The notes beneath the pieces were generated by a model, which was not told where the DNA came from, did not search any database, and worked only from the letters and a program-made list of their open reading frames with translations. A stretch of DNA of 64,000 nt from a virus. The DNA lies in IMG/VR virus record IMGVR_UViG_3300035182_000466, positions 106,062-170,061 of that record, one strand, 5' to 3'. Positions 17,955-27,458 of this stretch are shown piece after piece; the first letter of the stretch is position 1; each line of letters starts with the position of its first letter. The translations under genes and the position numbers were made by a program.

Positions 17955-20402
17955 ATGATTTTATTAAAAGATATGAAGACTAGTCTTTTTAAAAATGCTG
18001 ATGCCTATTGGAAGAGTAATAGAAAAGATCATATCCAACTTGAAAGTTATGATCTATATATAGGTGCTAGATTCAGATGTAAAGTACGAACAGGATCAAC
18101 TTTAAAGTATTTATACTTTACTATAATATCTTTAGATCCTGCAGTTATAGCTTATTGGATTCAGGATGAATTTGCAATTTATCTAGCACCTGTAGATTTT
18201 GAGCAACTATTTATAAGAAGGATACTCAATAGACGTAACCTTATAGAAAAAATGTTACATCCACAAGATATTCGAATTATACCCGTCAAAGTATTAAACT
18301 CCATACAGACTAGAAAAATGCTTTGGATGATACCTAGATTAACACAGAAAGATGTTCAATCAGCGCCTTATAGCTTGAACATTATTTCTCCTAAACTGAT
18401 TTACAACTTTAGTACCTACATTAGTGCAGGTAAAGAAGATATCTTCGGGTGGTTACTTAATCTAGTAACACAAGCCAATTCTGATTATCATACAGGTAAA
18501 AAACAATCAAGTCTTACTGATGATCAATATGACGAACTAAAAGAACTGTTGCTATCTATAGATCCTAAAAAAGCTAAGATTTTAGAATCAGTTGGGGCAC
18601 CAGTAATAGAAGAAAAAGATGTTAGGAAAAAGGTAGAACTTGAATATAAAATGGGTTCATTACGTAAGATTAAACCAGATGGTTCTACTACAAATAAATT
18701 TATAAAAGATACAAAAGATGATGAGTATATAGTCTCTGATAAGTTAGATGGATTAAGTCTGAGTTTAACTTATAGAAATTCAAATTTAGTAAAAGCTACA
18801 ACTAGAGGTGATGGTTATATTGGACAAGATGTAACTAGGCATATACTTCAAGTTCCTTCTGTACCTAAGAAACTTAATTCTAAATATGCTAAAGAGAATC
18901 TAACTATACGAGCTGAAGGAATTTTAGCAAACTCTGATTTTGAGATGTTTAACAAACTCTTGGTTAAAGAAGGTAACTCGGAATTTGCTAATCCACGCAA
19001 TATGATAGCTGGTGTATTTAATAGATTATCACCTAATAAAAAAGTTTTAGCTAAGTTAAATGTTGTAACTTATGCTATAATGAGTAGAGAAAAAGACTTA
19101 GATAAAAAGCAACAACTTAAACAACTTGAAGATATGGGTTTTCATGTAGTTCCTTACAAAGTATTTAAAGCTAAAGATATTTCAGAAGAGAAGTTAACAA
19201 AGTATATTTCTGATAGAAAGCTAATGGGTGACTTTGATTTAGATGGGGCTGTAATAGAAGTAAATAATGCTAAGATCAGACAATCCCTTGGTAATGAAAC
19301 TAATTCAATAAATCCTAAATATGCTAAAGCATTTAAGACTGGTGATACTGAAAAAGTTGAAGCTAAAGTACTAGAAGTTGTATGGGCTGTATCTAAACAT
19401 GGATATTTAAAACCACGGATTCGTATTTTTCCTGTAAAATTAGGTGGTGTTACTGTATCATATGCTACAGCTTTTAATGCCTCTTTTGTTTATGAAAATA
19501 AATTAGGTCCTGGAGCTAAGGTATTATTAACACGTTCTGGCGATGTAATTCCACATATACTTAAAGTAATAGATAAAGCTAAGAAACCTCAAATGCCAGA
19601 TAAAGATGTAGTAGGTAATTATGAATGGAATGATACAAAAGTTGATTTAGTATTATCTGAACCACATGAGAATGATACTGTAAAGATAAAACAAATATCC
19701 GGATTCTTTAGTCGGATAGGAGTAGATTATCTTGGACGTGGCTTAATAACACGTTTTTATGAACACGGCTTTGACTCTATAGATAAAGTAATTCACATTA
19801 CTGTAAAAGATTTATTATCTATTGATGGTATTCAAAAGAAAAGTGCAGAAAAATTATATGAAGGTATTACTAAAGCATTACAGACTGTAGACTTACCTAC
19901 TCTAGCTTCTGCTACTCCATACTTTGGAGTAAACTTTGGAGAAACAAGACTAGATAAAATATACGAAGTTTATAAAGATGAAATGTTTAGTAGATGGAAA
20001 GGTTATACAGTAAGAACTGTAGCAGAAGAAATTTCTAAAATACCTGGATTTAGTTCTAACACTGCAATTCAATTTGCAAAAGGTATTAAACCTTTTAATT
20101 CATTTTTGAAAAGAAATTCTGATGTATTAAAAATAAACAAGAAGAAGGAACAAAAGAAATTAAGTAATGTATTTTCAAATGTATCTATTTGTTGGACTGG
20201 CATTAGACAAAGAGACTTAGAAGAACTACTTATAGCAAATGGCGGTAAAGTAGAATCATCTGTTAAAAATGGATTGACCTATCTTGTAGCAAAAGATCCG
20301 AATAGTACTAGTGCTAAAATGCAGAAAGCTAGAGATTTGAAGATAAAGATAATATCTCCAGACCAAGCAATAAAATTGTTTAAAGATAAAGGTGTTTTAT
20401 AA
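17955..20402 (+). CDS. ligA: NAD-dependent DNA ligase with ~160-aa N-terminal extension
   Basis: DDQYDEL, KLDGLS, TRGDG.IGQDVT, NPRN, DGAV, OB fold RSGDVIP, HhH repeats, C-terminal BRCT. Confidence 0.95.
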   Translation: MILLKDMKTSLFKNADAYWKSNRKDHIQLESYDLYIGARFRCKVRTGSTLKYLYFTIISLDPAVIAYWIQDEFAIYLAPVDFEQLFIRRILNRRNLIEKMLHPQDIRIIPVKVLNSIQTRKMLWMIPRLTQKDVQSAPYSLNIISPKLIYNFSTYISAGKEDIFGWLLNLVTQANSDYHTGKKQSSLTDDQYDELKELLLSIDPKKAKILESVGAPVIEEKDVRKKVELEYKMGSLRKIKPDGSTTNKFIKDTKDDEYIVSDKLDGLSLSLTYRNSNLVKATTRGDGYIGQDVTRHILQVPSVPKKLNSKYAKENLTIRAEGILANSDFEMFNKLLVKEGNSEFANPRNMIAGVFNRLSPNKKVLAKLNVVTYAIMSREKDLDKKQQLKQLEDMGFHVVPYKVFKAKDISEEKLTKYISDRKLMGDFDLDGAVIEVNNAKIRQSLGNETNSINPKYAKAFKTGDTEKVEAKVLEVVWAVSKHGYLKPRIRIFPVKLGGVTVSYATAFNASFVYENKLGPGAKVLLTRSGDVIPHILKVIDKAKKPQMPDKDVVGNYEWNDTKVDLVLSEPHENDTVKIKQISGFFSRIGVDYLGRGLITRFYEHGFDSIDKVIHITVKDLLSIDGIQKKSAEKLYEGITKALQTVDLPTLASATPYFGVNFGETRLDKIYEVYKDEMFSRWKGYTVRTVAEEISKIPGFSSNTAIQFAKGIKPFNSFLKRNSDVLKINKKKEQKKLSNVFSNVSICWTGIRQRDLEELLIANGGKVESSVKNGLTYLVAKDPNSTSAKMQKARDLKIKIISPDQAIKLFKDKGVL

Positions 20403-20414
20403 AAGGAGAATTAG

Positions 20415-20555
20415 ATGTTAAATTTTACTAAAAACTATATGTTAAAAACAAAGGTAATAGTATACATTTGCATAGTGTTTATTTTATTCAGCTCTATAGG
20501 TTCAACTGTATTCATTGAAGAAGTAAAAGAATCTGTTTCGGTATTTAGGATATGA
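20415..20555 (+). CDS. Small single-TM protein (46 aa, not in ORF track)
   Basis: AGGAG RBS; MLNFTKNYMLKTKVIVYICIVFILFSSIGSTVFIEEVKESVSVFRI; ATGA overlap with the next gene. Confidence 0.5.
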   Translation: MLNFTKNYMLKTKVIVYICIVFILFSSIGSTVFIEEVKESVSVFRI

Positions 20556-21715
20556 GAAAAGTATCTATAGCTGCTAGAAAAAATCCTACTCAAAATAAGA
20601 AAATATCTGCTGTTGATTATTTAAGGCAGTGGAAAAATGATCCAAATGCCTATATTAGTTTCACTGAGATAAACAAGATAGGTATAAATCCTAAAAGTAA
20701 ATATAATACCCCTTTAGGTATTTATACCTATCCATTAGCTACAGTATGGGTAGAATACGATTTAGACTATGCATCTTCACTTAACAAATTGCCTTTTGCA
20801 GCTAATTTACCTCATATTTGGATAATAACCCCAAAGTCTAACTCAAATATCTTTATAGATGATTTATACTCTGATTATACTTCTAAAAACTATGATAAGG
20901 ATTCAGAACTTTTAAAAGATCTGTTTATAGAAGAATCTTTAAAAAACATGGAAGTAGATTTATCTTATACTAATACTCATGATGTAGCTTTTATAGAACG
21001 CTGGAAGAAAGAGTATAAACAAAAAGTGTATGATAAATGGGCAAATATTTATGCTAAGAATATAATAACTACAAAAGTAAAAAATCCTGGTGGTTTCTTT
21101 TGGAATTTATGCAGATTAATATCTATGAATTTAGCTGTCCCTTCAGAGGATAGTACTACACCAATTTTAAGTATAAATTCCTTTACAGATGTTGAAAGAA
21201 GAATAGCTTCTATCAAATGGAATTGGCTTTTGAGAAAATGTGGTTATTCTGGTTTTGCAGACAAACACGGACAAGGTATTATACATGAGTCAGAACCAAT
21301 TCAAGCTGTATTTTTATCAACAAGTTCTTTTAAAGTAATAGGAAACTGCAATAACATTTCACCTGTGTATAAAGATAAAAGAAAATATATAAAAACTGCA
21401 TCAGATCTGTTTCCTATTTTATCTAATGCTAAATATCATCCAAGCAATTTAAATCAAGATGAAGATAGAGCTTTTGATAAATTACTATTAGGTTATTTGA
21501 TTGGATTCTATAATGAATCAGTTTTAAAGGAACTACCTTTTAAGGTTGTTGTAGATAAAAACGTATTGTGGAATTCTTTTAATAAAATACAATATGAAGT
21601 TCTTTTGGACTATTGTAAAGAACATTCTTATGAAAATTTAAAGGAAAAGAAATGGTGGAGAAACACTGCAGTAACTTATTTAGAGTTGATAAAAGAAAAG
21701 CATGATTGGAGATAA
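20552..21715 (+). CDS. Hypothetical phage protein (possible virion component)
   Basis: 387 aa; KIGINPKSKYNTPLGIYTYP and GYSGFAD..G.GIIH.SEP.QAVF. Confidence 0.75.
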   Translation: MRKVSIAARKNPTQNKKISAVDYLRQWKNDPNAYISFTEINKIGINPKSKYNTPLGIYTYPLATVWVEYDLDYASSLNKLPFAANLPHIWIITPKSNSNIFIDDLYSDYTSKNYDKDSELLKDLFIEESLKNMEVDLSYTNTHDVAFIERWKKEYKQKVYDKWANIYAKNIITTKVKNPGGFFWNLCRLISMNLAVPSEDSTTPILSINSFTDVERRIASIKWNWLLRKCGYSGFADKHGQGIIHESEPIQAVFLSTSSFKVIGNCNNISPVYKDKRKYIKTASDLFPILSNAKYHPSNLNQDEDRAFDKLLLGYLIGFYNESVLKELPFKVVVDKNVLWNSFNKIQYEVLLDYCKEHSYENLKEKKWWRNTAVTYLELIKEKHDWR

Positions 21716-21953
21716 GATGAGACAGAGTGTATTGAGTGCTTCAAATTTAAAACTTAATAAAGTGTCAGTTAAAGATATAGTCGTATATTTAGATAAAACT
21801 ATAGATGAAAAAGATGATTTCATGAGAAGTACAAAGTCGCATATCTCCAATCCTTCTATTAAAGAAAGCTATTTAAAAGCAGAATCAGTTAAAGATTTTG
21901 CTGAATATTTAAAAATGGCTATAAAAACTAATTCTCCACATTACTTAAAATAA
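21702..21953 (+). CDS. Hypothetical protein
   Basis: 83-aa ORF; the likely start is the second Met (MRQSVLSA) after GGAG. Confidence 0.6.
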   Translation: MIGDKMRQSVLSASNLKLNKVSVKDIVVYLDKTIDEKDDFMRSTKSHISNPSIKESYLKAESVKDFAEYLKMAIKTNSPHYLK

Positions 21954-21973
21954 CACTATAGTAGGAGGGGTTA

Positions 21974-22354
21974 ATGATGAATAAGCATCTACAACAACTT
22001 GTAGATATAGCTAGAGGGCTTGGAACTGAAGTTATTTTTATAGATAATATTTCTGTTTTAGGTCGGTGCGATTATCAAAACAAGAAGATTTATGTTTCAA
22101 AAAATGAAAAACTAAGAAAGAAAATAATTATACTTGCTCATGAACTAGGACACTGGCATTCATACTTATATAATAAAAAGAATACTAATATATCAAGAAA
22201 TGATAGAGAAAAATTAGCGTATGAGTATGGTTGGAGAATACTTATAAATTTAAAACTTCATACTGTCTTTAATATTACGCCAGAAGATTGGTATAAAATA
22301 AATATGTATAATTTTACAAATACCGATCCAGATACAAAGGTGGCATGGACATGA
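21974..22354 (+). CDS. ImmA/IrrE-like HExxH metallopeptidase
   Basis: ILAHELGH with downstream REKLA; AGGAGG RBS. Confidence 0.7.
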   Translation: MMNKHLQQLVDIARGLGTEVIFIDNISVLGRCDYQNKKIYVSKNEKLRKKIIILAHELGHWHSYLYNKKNTNISRNDREKLAYEYGWRILINLKLHTVFNITPEDWYKINMYNFTNTDPDTKVAWT

Positions 22355-24102
22355 AACTAACTATTGCAGCAATTAAACTGTCAGATCTTAAAAAAGCTAA
22401 TCAGAAATATGATTCAAGTAAAGATGATAAACCATCTAAAACTTGGTTAAAGATGTCAGATCAAGAGAAAGAAAACCTTGCGAATAAAGAGAAACAACGT
22501 AGATTAGAAAATGAACGTAAAATTGGTGAAAAAATAGAACCATACAAAGCAGAACGTTTGTGGGAAAAAGAAAAGAAAGGTTCTGCGAATAAGAAGTCTA
22601 AAGCACCTGATAATACTAAAAATGAAGATAATGAAAAAGCTCCTGATAATGAAAAAAATGAAGATAATGAAAAAGCTCCTGATAATGAAAAAACATCAGA
22701 TAATGAAAAAGAACCAGATAATACTAAAAAGGAAGATGTAGATGTAAAAACAGAGGAACAAAAAGAACAAGAACAAAAAGAGCCAGATAATATTTATTCA
22801 GAAGAAAAAGTTAAAAAGGACGCAGCAAAAATAACAGAAGAAGTAAAAGAAGAAATAAAGAAATTGCCTAGAGAAAAACGAAAAAAGATGGCAGAGGATA
22901 TAGTAGCAAATAGATCAACCTATGTAAAAGACGGTAAAATTTTCTTAACCGATACTTATAGAAAGATAGGTGAATCTACCTTTGCTAAATTAGCTTTGTT
23001 TTCAGCGGCTTTTATAATATTAGGTCCATTTGCTGCGGTATTAGGTAGAGAAGCACTTGAAATAACAGATGACGTTCTTGAAGAAAGAAAAAGAAAACAT
23101 CTTGAAAAGTTAGAAAGAGAAAGAGAAGAGCAAATAGAAAAACAGAGAAAGTATATAGAATCTATTACACCTAAGTCATTATCAATAGAAGATAAAGATA
23201 CTTTCAGATCAGACTATGGTAATTTATCTAAAAAAGAATTGTGGTCTAAATATAAGAAAGCAGGTTTAAATAAGAATGATCTTATTGGATATTTAACATA
23301 TGAAGAACAACTAGAAAAACTTAAATCTGCAAAAGCAGACAAAGATGGTATATACCATATTAAGTTATCTAAGAATATGCAATTTACTGGAAATGAAGAT
23401 CAACTTAGGCAGTATATAGAAATGCTAGAATTGAAACGAGACAGTACAGGACAACCTGATACTTATTATCAAGATGATACTAATAGTAAAAGTAAAAAGA
23501 AGAAGATTAATAGTAAAAGAAAATCTAACAATAAGAAAAAGGTCGTGTCTGCTGATGACAATAAAAATGAGCTTGCGGAAAACTCCGACATTGAAGAAGT
23601 TACAGAAGATGAAGTCAATAGCAAAAAAGAATCCAATGACCCGATTGAAGAGCTTAAAAACGTTACAGCCAAGAAAAAAGAAATAGAGGATAAAGATATA
23701 GAAGGTATTCCAGATGTTTTGAAGAAGAAATTGAAACAAGCTTTTGAAGATGCACCAGATAAGCTAGATGTTAAGTACATAGACACTGAAGATGAAGATG
23801 AATATGAAGATATTGATGATGAGAACGGAGAAAAGACAGAGGTTAGAGAACCTAAAAGTACAACTAAATACGGAGAAGAAATAGAAGATACTGAACCAAT
23901 AGATGATGAAGAAGAGGAAAGTAAAGATGATAAGATTATTGAGGATAAAATCTCTGAGGTAGTAAACTTTTATTTGAAGCGTGACCCAGTTAAACTAAAA
24001 GAATTCTTTGAGAAAAAGTATCCATCATTAGTTAATAAGAAGAAACAAGAAAAAACTGAGGCAGCAGATTATATAAATTCTTTAGAAGAAGTAGACATTT
24101 AG
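22345..24102 (+). CDS. Highly charged low-complexity protein with one hydrophobic segment
   Basis: 585 aa, Lys/Glu/Asp-rich; LALFSAAFIILGPFAAVLG. Confidence 0.75.
   Translation: MDMKLTIAAIKLSDLKKANQKYDSSKDDKPSKTWLKMSDQEKENLANKEKQRRLENERKIGEKIEPYKAERLWEKEKKGSANKKSKAPDNTKNEDNEKAPDNEKNEDNEKAPDNEKTSDNEKEPDNTKKEDVDVKTEEQKEQEQKEPDNIYSEEKVKKDAAKITEEVKEEIKKLPREKRKKMAEDIVANRSTYVKDGKIFLTDTYRKIGESTFAKLALFSAAFIILGPFAAVLGREALEITDDVLEERKRKHLEKLEREREEQIEKQRKYIESITPKSLSIEDKDTFRSDYGNLSKKELWSKYKKAGLNKNDLIGYLTYEEQLEKLKSAKADKDGIYHIKLSKNMQFTGNEDQLRQYIEMLELKRDSTGQPDTYYQDDTNSKSKKKKINSKRKSNNKKKVVSADDNKNELAENSDIEEVTEDEVNSKKESNDPIEELKNVTAKKKEIEDKDIEGIPDVLKKKLKQAFEDAPDKLDVKYIDTEDEDEYEDIDDENGEKTEVREPKSTTKYGEEIEDTEPIDDEEEESKDDKIIEDKISEVVNFYLKRDPVKLKEFFEKKYPSLVNKKKQEKTEAADYINSLEEVDI
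22603..22728 (+). repeat. Coding tandem repeat, 7 x 18 nt (xxDNEK/xxDNTK)
   Basis: Includes an exact 36-nt duplication at 22621-22656 and 22657-22692. Confidence 0.9.
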
Positions 24103-24113
24103 GTTATAGAGAA

Positions 24114-24139
24114 AGCCTGTGTAAAATTTTACACAGGCT
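24114..24139. terminator. Bidirectional terminator at the convergence of the two gene blocks (perfect 26-bp palindrome)
   Basis: AGCCTGTGTAAAA|TTTTACACAGGCT flanked by T/C-rich tracts on both strands. Confidence 0.75.
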
Positions 24140-24163
24140 CTTTCTTTATCTTCATCTTCATCT

Positions 24164-24499
24164 TTATTTGTTGACAACCGGAACTTTTGATGATGATAGT
24201 TTATTTATTTCTAATAATGTATTATAGTTTTTATCTCCCCATAATAGAATCCTATTTAAGTTTTCTTGTAACAGTTCTAAATCTTTTCTACTTAAACCTC
24301 CTATTACTTCAGGATCATCTAAGCGTCTAGCTTTCACTTCTATTAATGAAGGTCTTTCTGAAACTGGCCATACTTTATACTGACAATTAATTGGTTCCGG
24401 TACTGGTGGGCAAACTATCGGTTTTTGGCACGCCGAAAGGAATAATAACAACAGGCTCAAGAATAGAATTTTTAGTGACATTACATTTAGTACCTTCAT
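24164..24499 (-). CDS. o-spanin (Rz1-like lipoprotein)
   Basis: Lipobox LLLLFLSA-C, Pro-rich; overlaps the 3' end of the i-spanin out of frame; GGAGG RBS. Confidence 0.75.
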   Translation of the reverse strand: MKVLNVMSLKILFLSLLLLFLSACQKPIVCPPVPEPINCQYKVWPVSERPSLIEVKARRLDDPEVIGGLSRKDLELLQENLNRILLWGDKNYNTLLEINKLSSSKVPVVNK

Positions 24500-24875
24500 C
24501 TGTTAATCCTCCCAATTTTATTTCGCCTTGTGGAATTGACTTTAAATACTTAATATAATTTGCATATAGATTATTATATTTAGTTTCTAGCTTTGAGTTC
24601 TTTTCTTGTATAACTTTAGTTGTATCTATATACTTTTTAAGATCTGCGGATAACAAGTCATTAGATTTACTCAAACGATCTACCGATATTTTTTCTCTTG
24701 TTATATCTTCATTTAGACTCTGAATCTTTACATCTTTGGCTCTATTATCTGCTAATACTTTCTTGAAATAATATCCAAATCCTATCAATATTAATACTAA
24801 AATTCCTATTATTATCTCTTTTTTATACTCCCATAAAATGGACAGAATTTTAGCTCCAGTGAATACAAAAACCAT
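24387..24875 (-). CDS. i-spanin (Rz-like)
   Basis: N-terminal TM (IIIGILVLILIGFGYYF) followed by a coiled coil; overlapped by the lipoprotein gene. Confidence 0.75.
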   Translation of the reverse strand: MVFVFTGAKILSILWEYKKEIIIGILVLILIGFGYYFKKVLADNRAKDVKIQSLNEDITREKISVDRLSKSNDLLSADLKKYIDTTKVIQEKNSKLETKYNNLYANYIKYLKSIPQGEIKLGGLTDEGTKCNVTKNSILEPVVIIPFGVPKTDSLPTSTGTN

Positions 24876-24876
24876 T

Positions 24877-25302
24877 TTAGTTTTCCTCCTTCATTCTTGA
24901 TAACAACCACTTTGTTTCATACATAAGTTCTAACATCCATATACCTTTAAATTTTTTACCTTTTAATTTAAAAATAAGTTTTTTGTTTGTAACTTCTAGT
25001 GGTATATATACACCACTGTCATATACTTTAACAATTCCTGCACCATACTCACCTTTAGGGATAACACCTTCAAAAGAAATCCAGGACATACTATGATCTT
25101 CAGTTCTAATAGCTAACCTTTTTACTTCAGGTTTTTTGGGAATACCTTTAGGTACAGCCCAGCTAAATAAAACCGTTCCAACTTGAAGTCTTAAATCATA
25201 ATGTAATCCAGCTTTAAGTGCATTATGTTCTTGAACTACAAATTTAGGAGCAAATTTCTCATTATCCTTATCAAGTGTATCTAGTTTAAACTTCATAGTC
25301 AT
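24877..25302 (-). CDS. Stand-alone LigD 3'-phosphoesterase domain protein
   Basis: FVVQEH, LHYDLRL, SWAVPKG, KRLAIRTEDH, FEGVIPKGEYGAG. Confidence 0.9.
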   Translation of the reverse strand: MTMKFKLDTLDKDNEKFAPKFVVQEHNALKAGLHYDLRLQVGTVLFSWAVPKGIPKKPEVKRLAIRTEDHSMSWISFEGVIPKGEYGAGIVKVYDSGVYIPLEVTNKKLIFKLKGKKFKGIWMLELMYETKWLLSRMKEEN

Positions 25303-25308
25303 TTCTTT

Positions 25309-25527
25309 CTATTCATATACTAAACGAGGATATTTTTCATTTACTATAGTTTTTGAATTTGTACACTTTGTGCATACGTGTTCATAGAGAGTAATATACT
25401 TAGATGTATCTTTAATATCTTTTTGAGACTCTACCTTACCTGTAAATTCTAAGTATCCATCGCAGTTTTTCTCTTCACATTTTAAAACTTCTTTAAAGGT
25501 TTTAACTTCATACTTTTCAATTTTCAT
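25309..25527 (-). CDS. Small Zn-ribbon-like protein
   Basis: CEEKNC...HVCTKC...YP. Confidence 0.55.
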   Translation of the reverse strand: MKIEKYEVKTFKEVLKCEEKNCDGYLEFTGKVESQKDIKDTSKYITLYEHVCTKCTNSKTIVNEKYPRLVYE

Positions 25528-25984
25528 TGGATTGCCAATTAACTGAAATTGAATATTTAAGATCTAAAAATTTAAGCCAAACAGGAATTCCTTTTATTAT
25601 ATGTGATCTAAGCTGATCACAGCTTATTGTCTCAATATCTTCTATAGAATACTCTACTATTGATCCTGCAATTAAAACTATCTTTTTTACATGCTGTTTC
25701 TTTTTAATCTGGCTCTTTTCATATACATCTAGCATTAAAGATACGAAAGTATAATATTGTTTATTATTGCAGTTAAAACAACCTATATCTAACATGCTAA
25801 ATACTTTATCTTGAATAGGATTATATTTAAAATATACTTCTCCACAAGATTCACACTTAACCATTGAAGTTAAACCTTGTGCAACTACATACTGATAATT
25901 GTCATTTTCCAAATTTTCAGTTTTTGTTTGTCTAATTGTTAAGAGATCTTTTATCTTATTTTTTATGCTCATGATTTCCTCCAT
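25517..25984 (-). CDS. Hypothetical protein with two CxxC motifs
   Basis: CESC and CFNC. Confidence 0.6.
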   Translation of the reverse strand: MEEIMSIKNKIKDLLTIRQTKTENLENDNYQYVVAQGLTSMVKCESCGEVYFKYNPIQDKVFSMLDIGCFNCNNKQYYTFVSLMLDVYEKSQIKKKQHVKKIVLIAGSIVEYSIEDIETISCDQLRSHIIKGIPVWLKFLDLKYSISVNWQSNEN

Positions 25985-26004
25985 TTTTTATATATTATAA
26001 ATTA

Positions 26005-26781
26005 TTAAATATCAGTTTTGTGAGGGCGTAGCCCACAGTGCTTTGCTTTAGCTTCAGGGCAGTATCCTAGTTTAATACACTTAGGTCCAGCATTTTCAAA
26101 TACTACAGGATCTAGTTCTTTACAGATTCTAAGCATTTCTCTAGCCATACCTCGGATTTCCCATTGAGCGCAACTGCAGGTACGTTCAGCAAAGAAATCA
26201 AGAAGAGCATGACTATTCATCTGAATCATTATCTTTGTTTTTGATGCTTCTAGGAGACCAAAGCGACTGTCTTCATTAGGCACAGACTTAGCCTGCATTC
26301 CTTCGTACCATTGATGAGATATATCCGCTAATTCTTCTAAAGATACTTGTATATCCATACCTTTCTTAAATTCAGGACTCTCTTGTAAATTACCAGGTAA
26401 ACAATTAAAAGGTATACGAATAGTAGCAGTTTTACCTTCAAGACTCTTAGGTACAATTATCTGATATTCCCCATCTTGACTTGTGTAGCGCATACTTTCT
26501 TGGGCGTAACTAGCAATCCTTTTTCTTACAAGTTGATGAGTCAATGTTCTTGATACTCCCTCTACACCAAAAATCCAATTATCAAACTCTAGTACAGATA
26601 AATGGCCGTAGCCTACTACTCGTTTAAGAATAGCTTCATCATCACTATCGTCATTCATTATTTCAGTTATAGACTTCGGGCTGGTACAGAACTTAGCGGC
26701 CTTTGCACTCAAGCGTTCTTGGCTACGGATAGTAGGTGCTTGCAGACAAACAACCTTACACTCAACGACCTTTACACTCAC
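26005..26781 (-). CDS. thyX: Flavin-dependent thymidylate synthase
   Basis: GHLSVLE, GVSRTLTHQLVRKRIASYAQESMRY, AQWEIR, GPKC...GYCPE. Confidence 0.93.
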   Translation of the reverse strand: MSVKVVECKVVCLQAPTIRSQERLSAKAAKFCTSPKSITEIMNDDSDDEAILKRVVGYGHLSVLEFDNWIFGVEGVSRTLTHQLVRKRIASYAQESMRYTSQDGEYQIIVPKSLEGKTATIRIPFNCLPGNLQESPEFKKGMDIQVSLEELADISHQWYEGMQAKSVPNEDSRFGLLEASKTKIMIQMNSHALLDFFAERTCSCAQWEIRGMAREMLRICKELDPVVFENAGPKCIKLGYCPEAKAKHCGLRPHKTDI

Positions 26782-27031
26782 AATTATTCTCCTTACCTAG
26801 TCTTAGTTCAATTAAATTATCTATTACTAATATTAGTTCTTCAACAGTTACACCCTCGCTAATCTTTTGCTCTAAATGTTCAATAGTTAAACCACTAGCC
26901 TTATGTAGTAGTTCTAAAAAATTAAATTCCTCATCTGTGATACTTTCAAAGTCTGTACTAACTAGATACTCAACAAATTTTTTAATTTGTACTGCATATT
27001 TACTACATTCAATCTGATCTTTAAAAGTCAT
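26762..27031 (-). CDS. Hypothetical protein
   Basis: 89-aa ORF in operon context. Confidence 0.6.
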   Translation of the reverse strand: MTFKDQIECSKYAVQIKKFVEYLVSTDFESITDEEFNFLELLHKASGLTIEHLEQKISEGVTVEELILVIDNLIELRLGKENNCECKGR

Positions 27032-27041
27032 TTTAACCCTC

Positions 27042-27455
27042 TTAAATTAGAATCAAGGCTTCCCTAGTATTTTTAGTCAAAAACTTTTTAATTGTATCCT
27101 CAGTTCCTCCTTCACGATTACTACTAACTAAGGCAATAAGAATATTAGCTTTATCCGCTATTTTAGTATTTCGTGCATAAGCAACTTGGGCATAAGCTGC
27201 TTTACCATTTATTTCAGCTAAATTTTTATCAATGTTCCATATCTGAGGATAATAAATAAGAATGGGTAATCCTAGTTCTCTTGCTAGTTCTTCCGCAAAA
27301 TGATCTCCACCAGTAAGACAACCTCCAGAGACTATTCTTATTTTAGAGAAGTTATTTCCTAATCTAGCTATCTCTTCTAACAGGGTTTTCTTTAATACCT
27401 TTTTATCATGATCCGAATTTCTAGTACGGCTTCCAATTATACCTATATAAGTCAT
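27042..27455 (-). CDS. SLOG-superfamily (DprA/YspA-like) protein
   Basis: IGIIGSR, IVSGGCLTGGDHFAE, ARNTKIA, GGTEDTI. Confidence 0.8.
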   Translation of the reverse strand: MTYIGIIGSRTRNSDHDKKVLKKTLLEEIARLGNNFSKIRIVSGGCLTGGDHFAEELARELGLPILIYYPQIWNIDKNLAEINGKAAYAQVAYARNTKIADKANILIALVSSNREGGTEDTIKKFLTKNTREALILI

Positions 27456-27458
27456 CGC

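Noticed and set aside
22603-22728. Tandem repeats as a CRISPR array
   Set aside because: These are in-frame 18-nt coding repeats without unique spacers, and no cas genes are present.
23425-23786. Overlapping antisense and alternate-frame ORFs inside 22345-24102, and similar short ORFs inside nrdJ, thyX and the helicase
   Set aside because: Shadow frames of long, compositionally biased genes, with no RBS or recognisable motifs.
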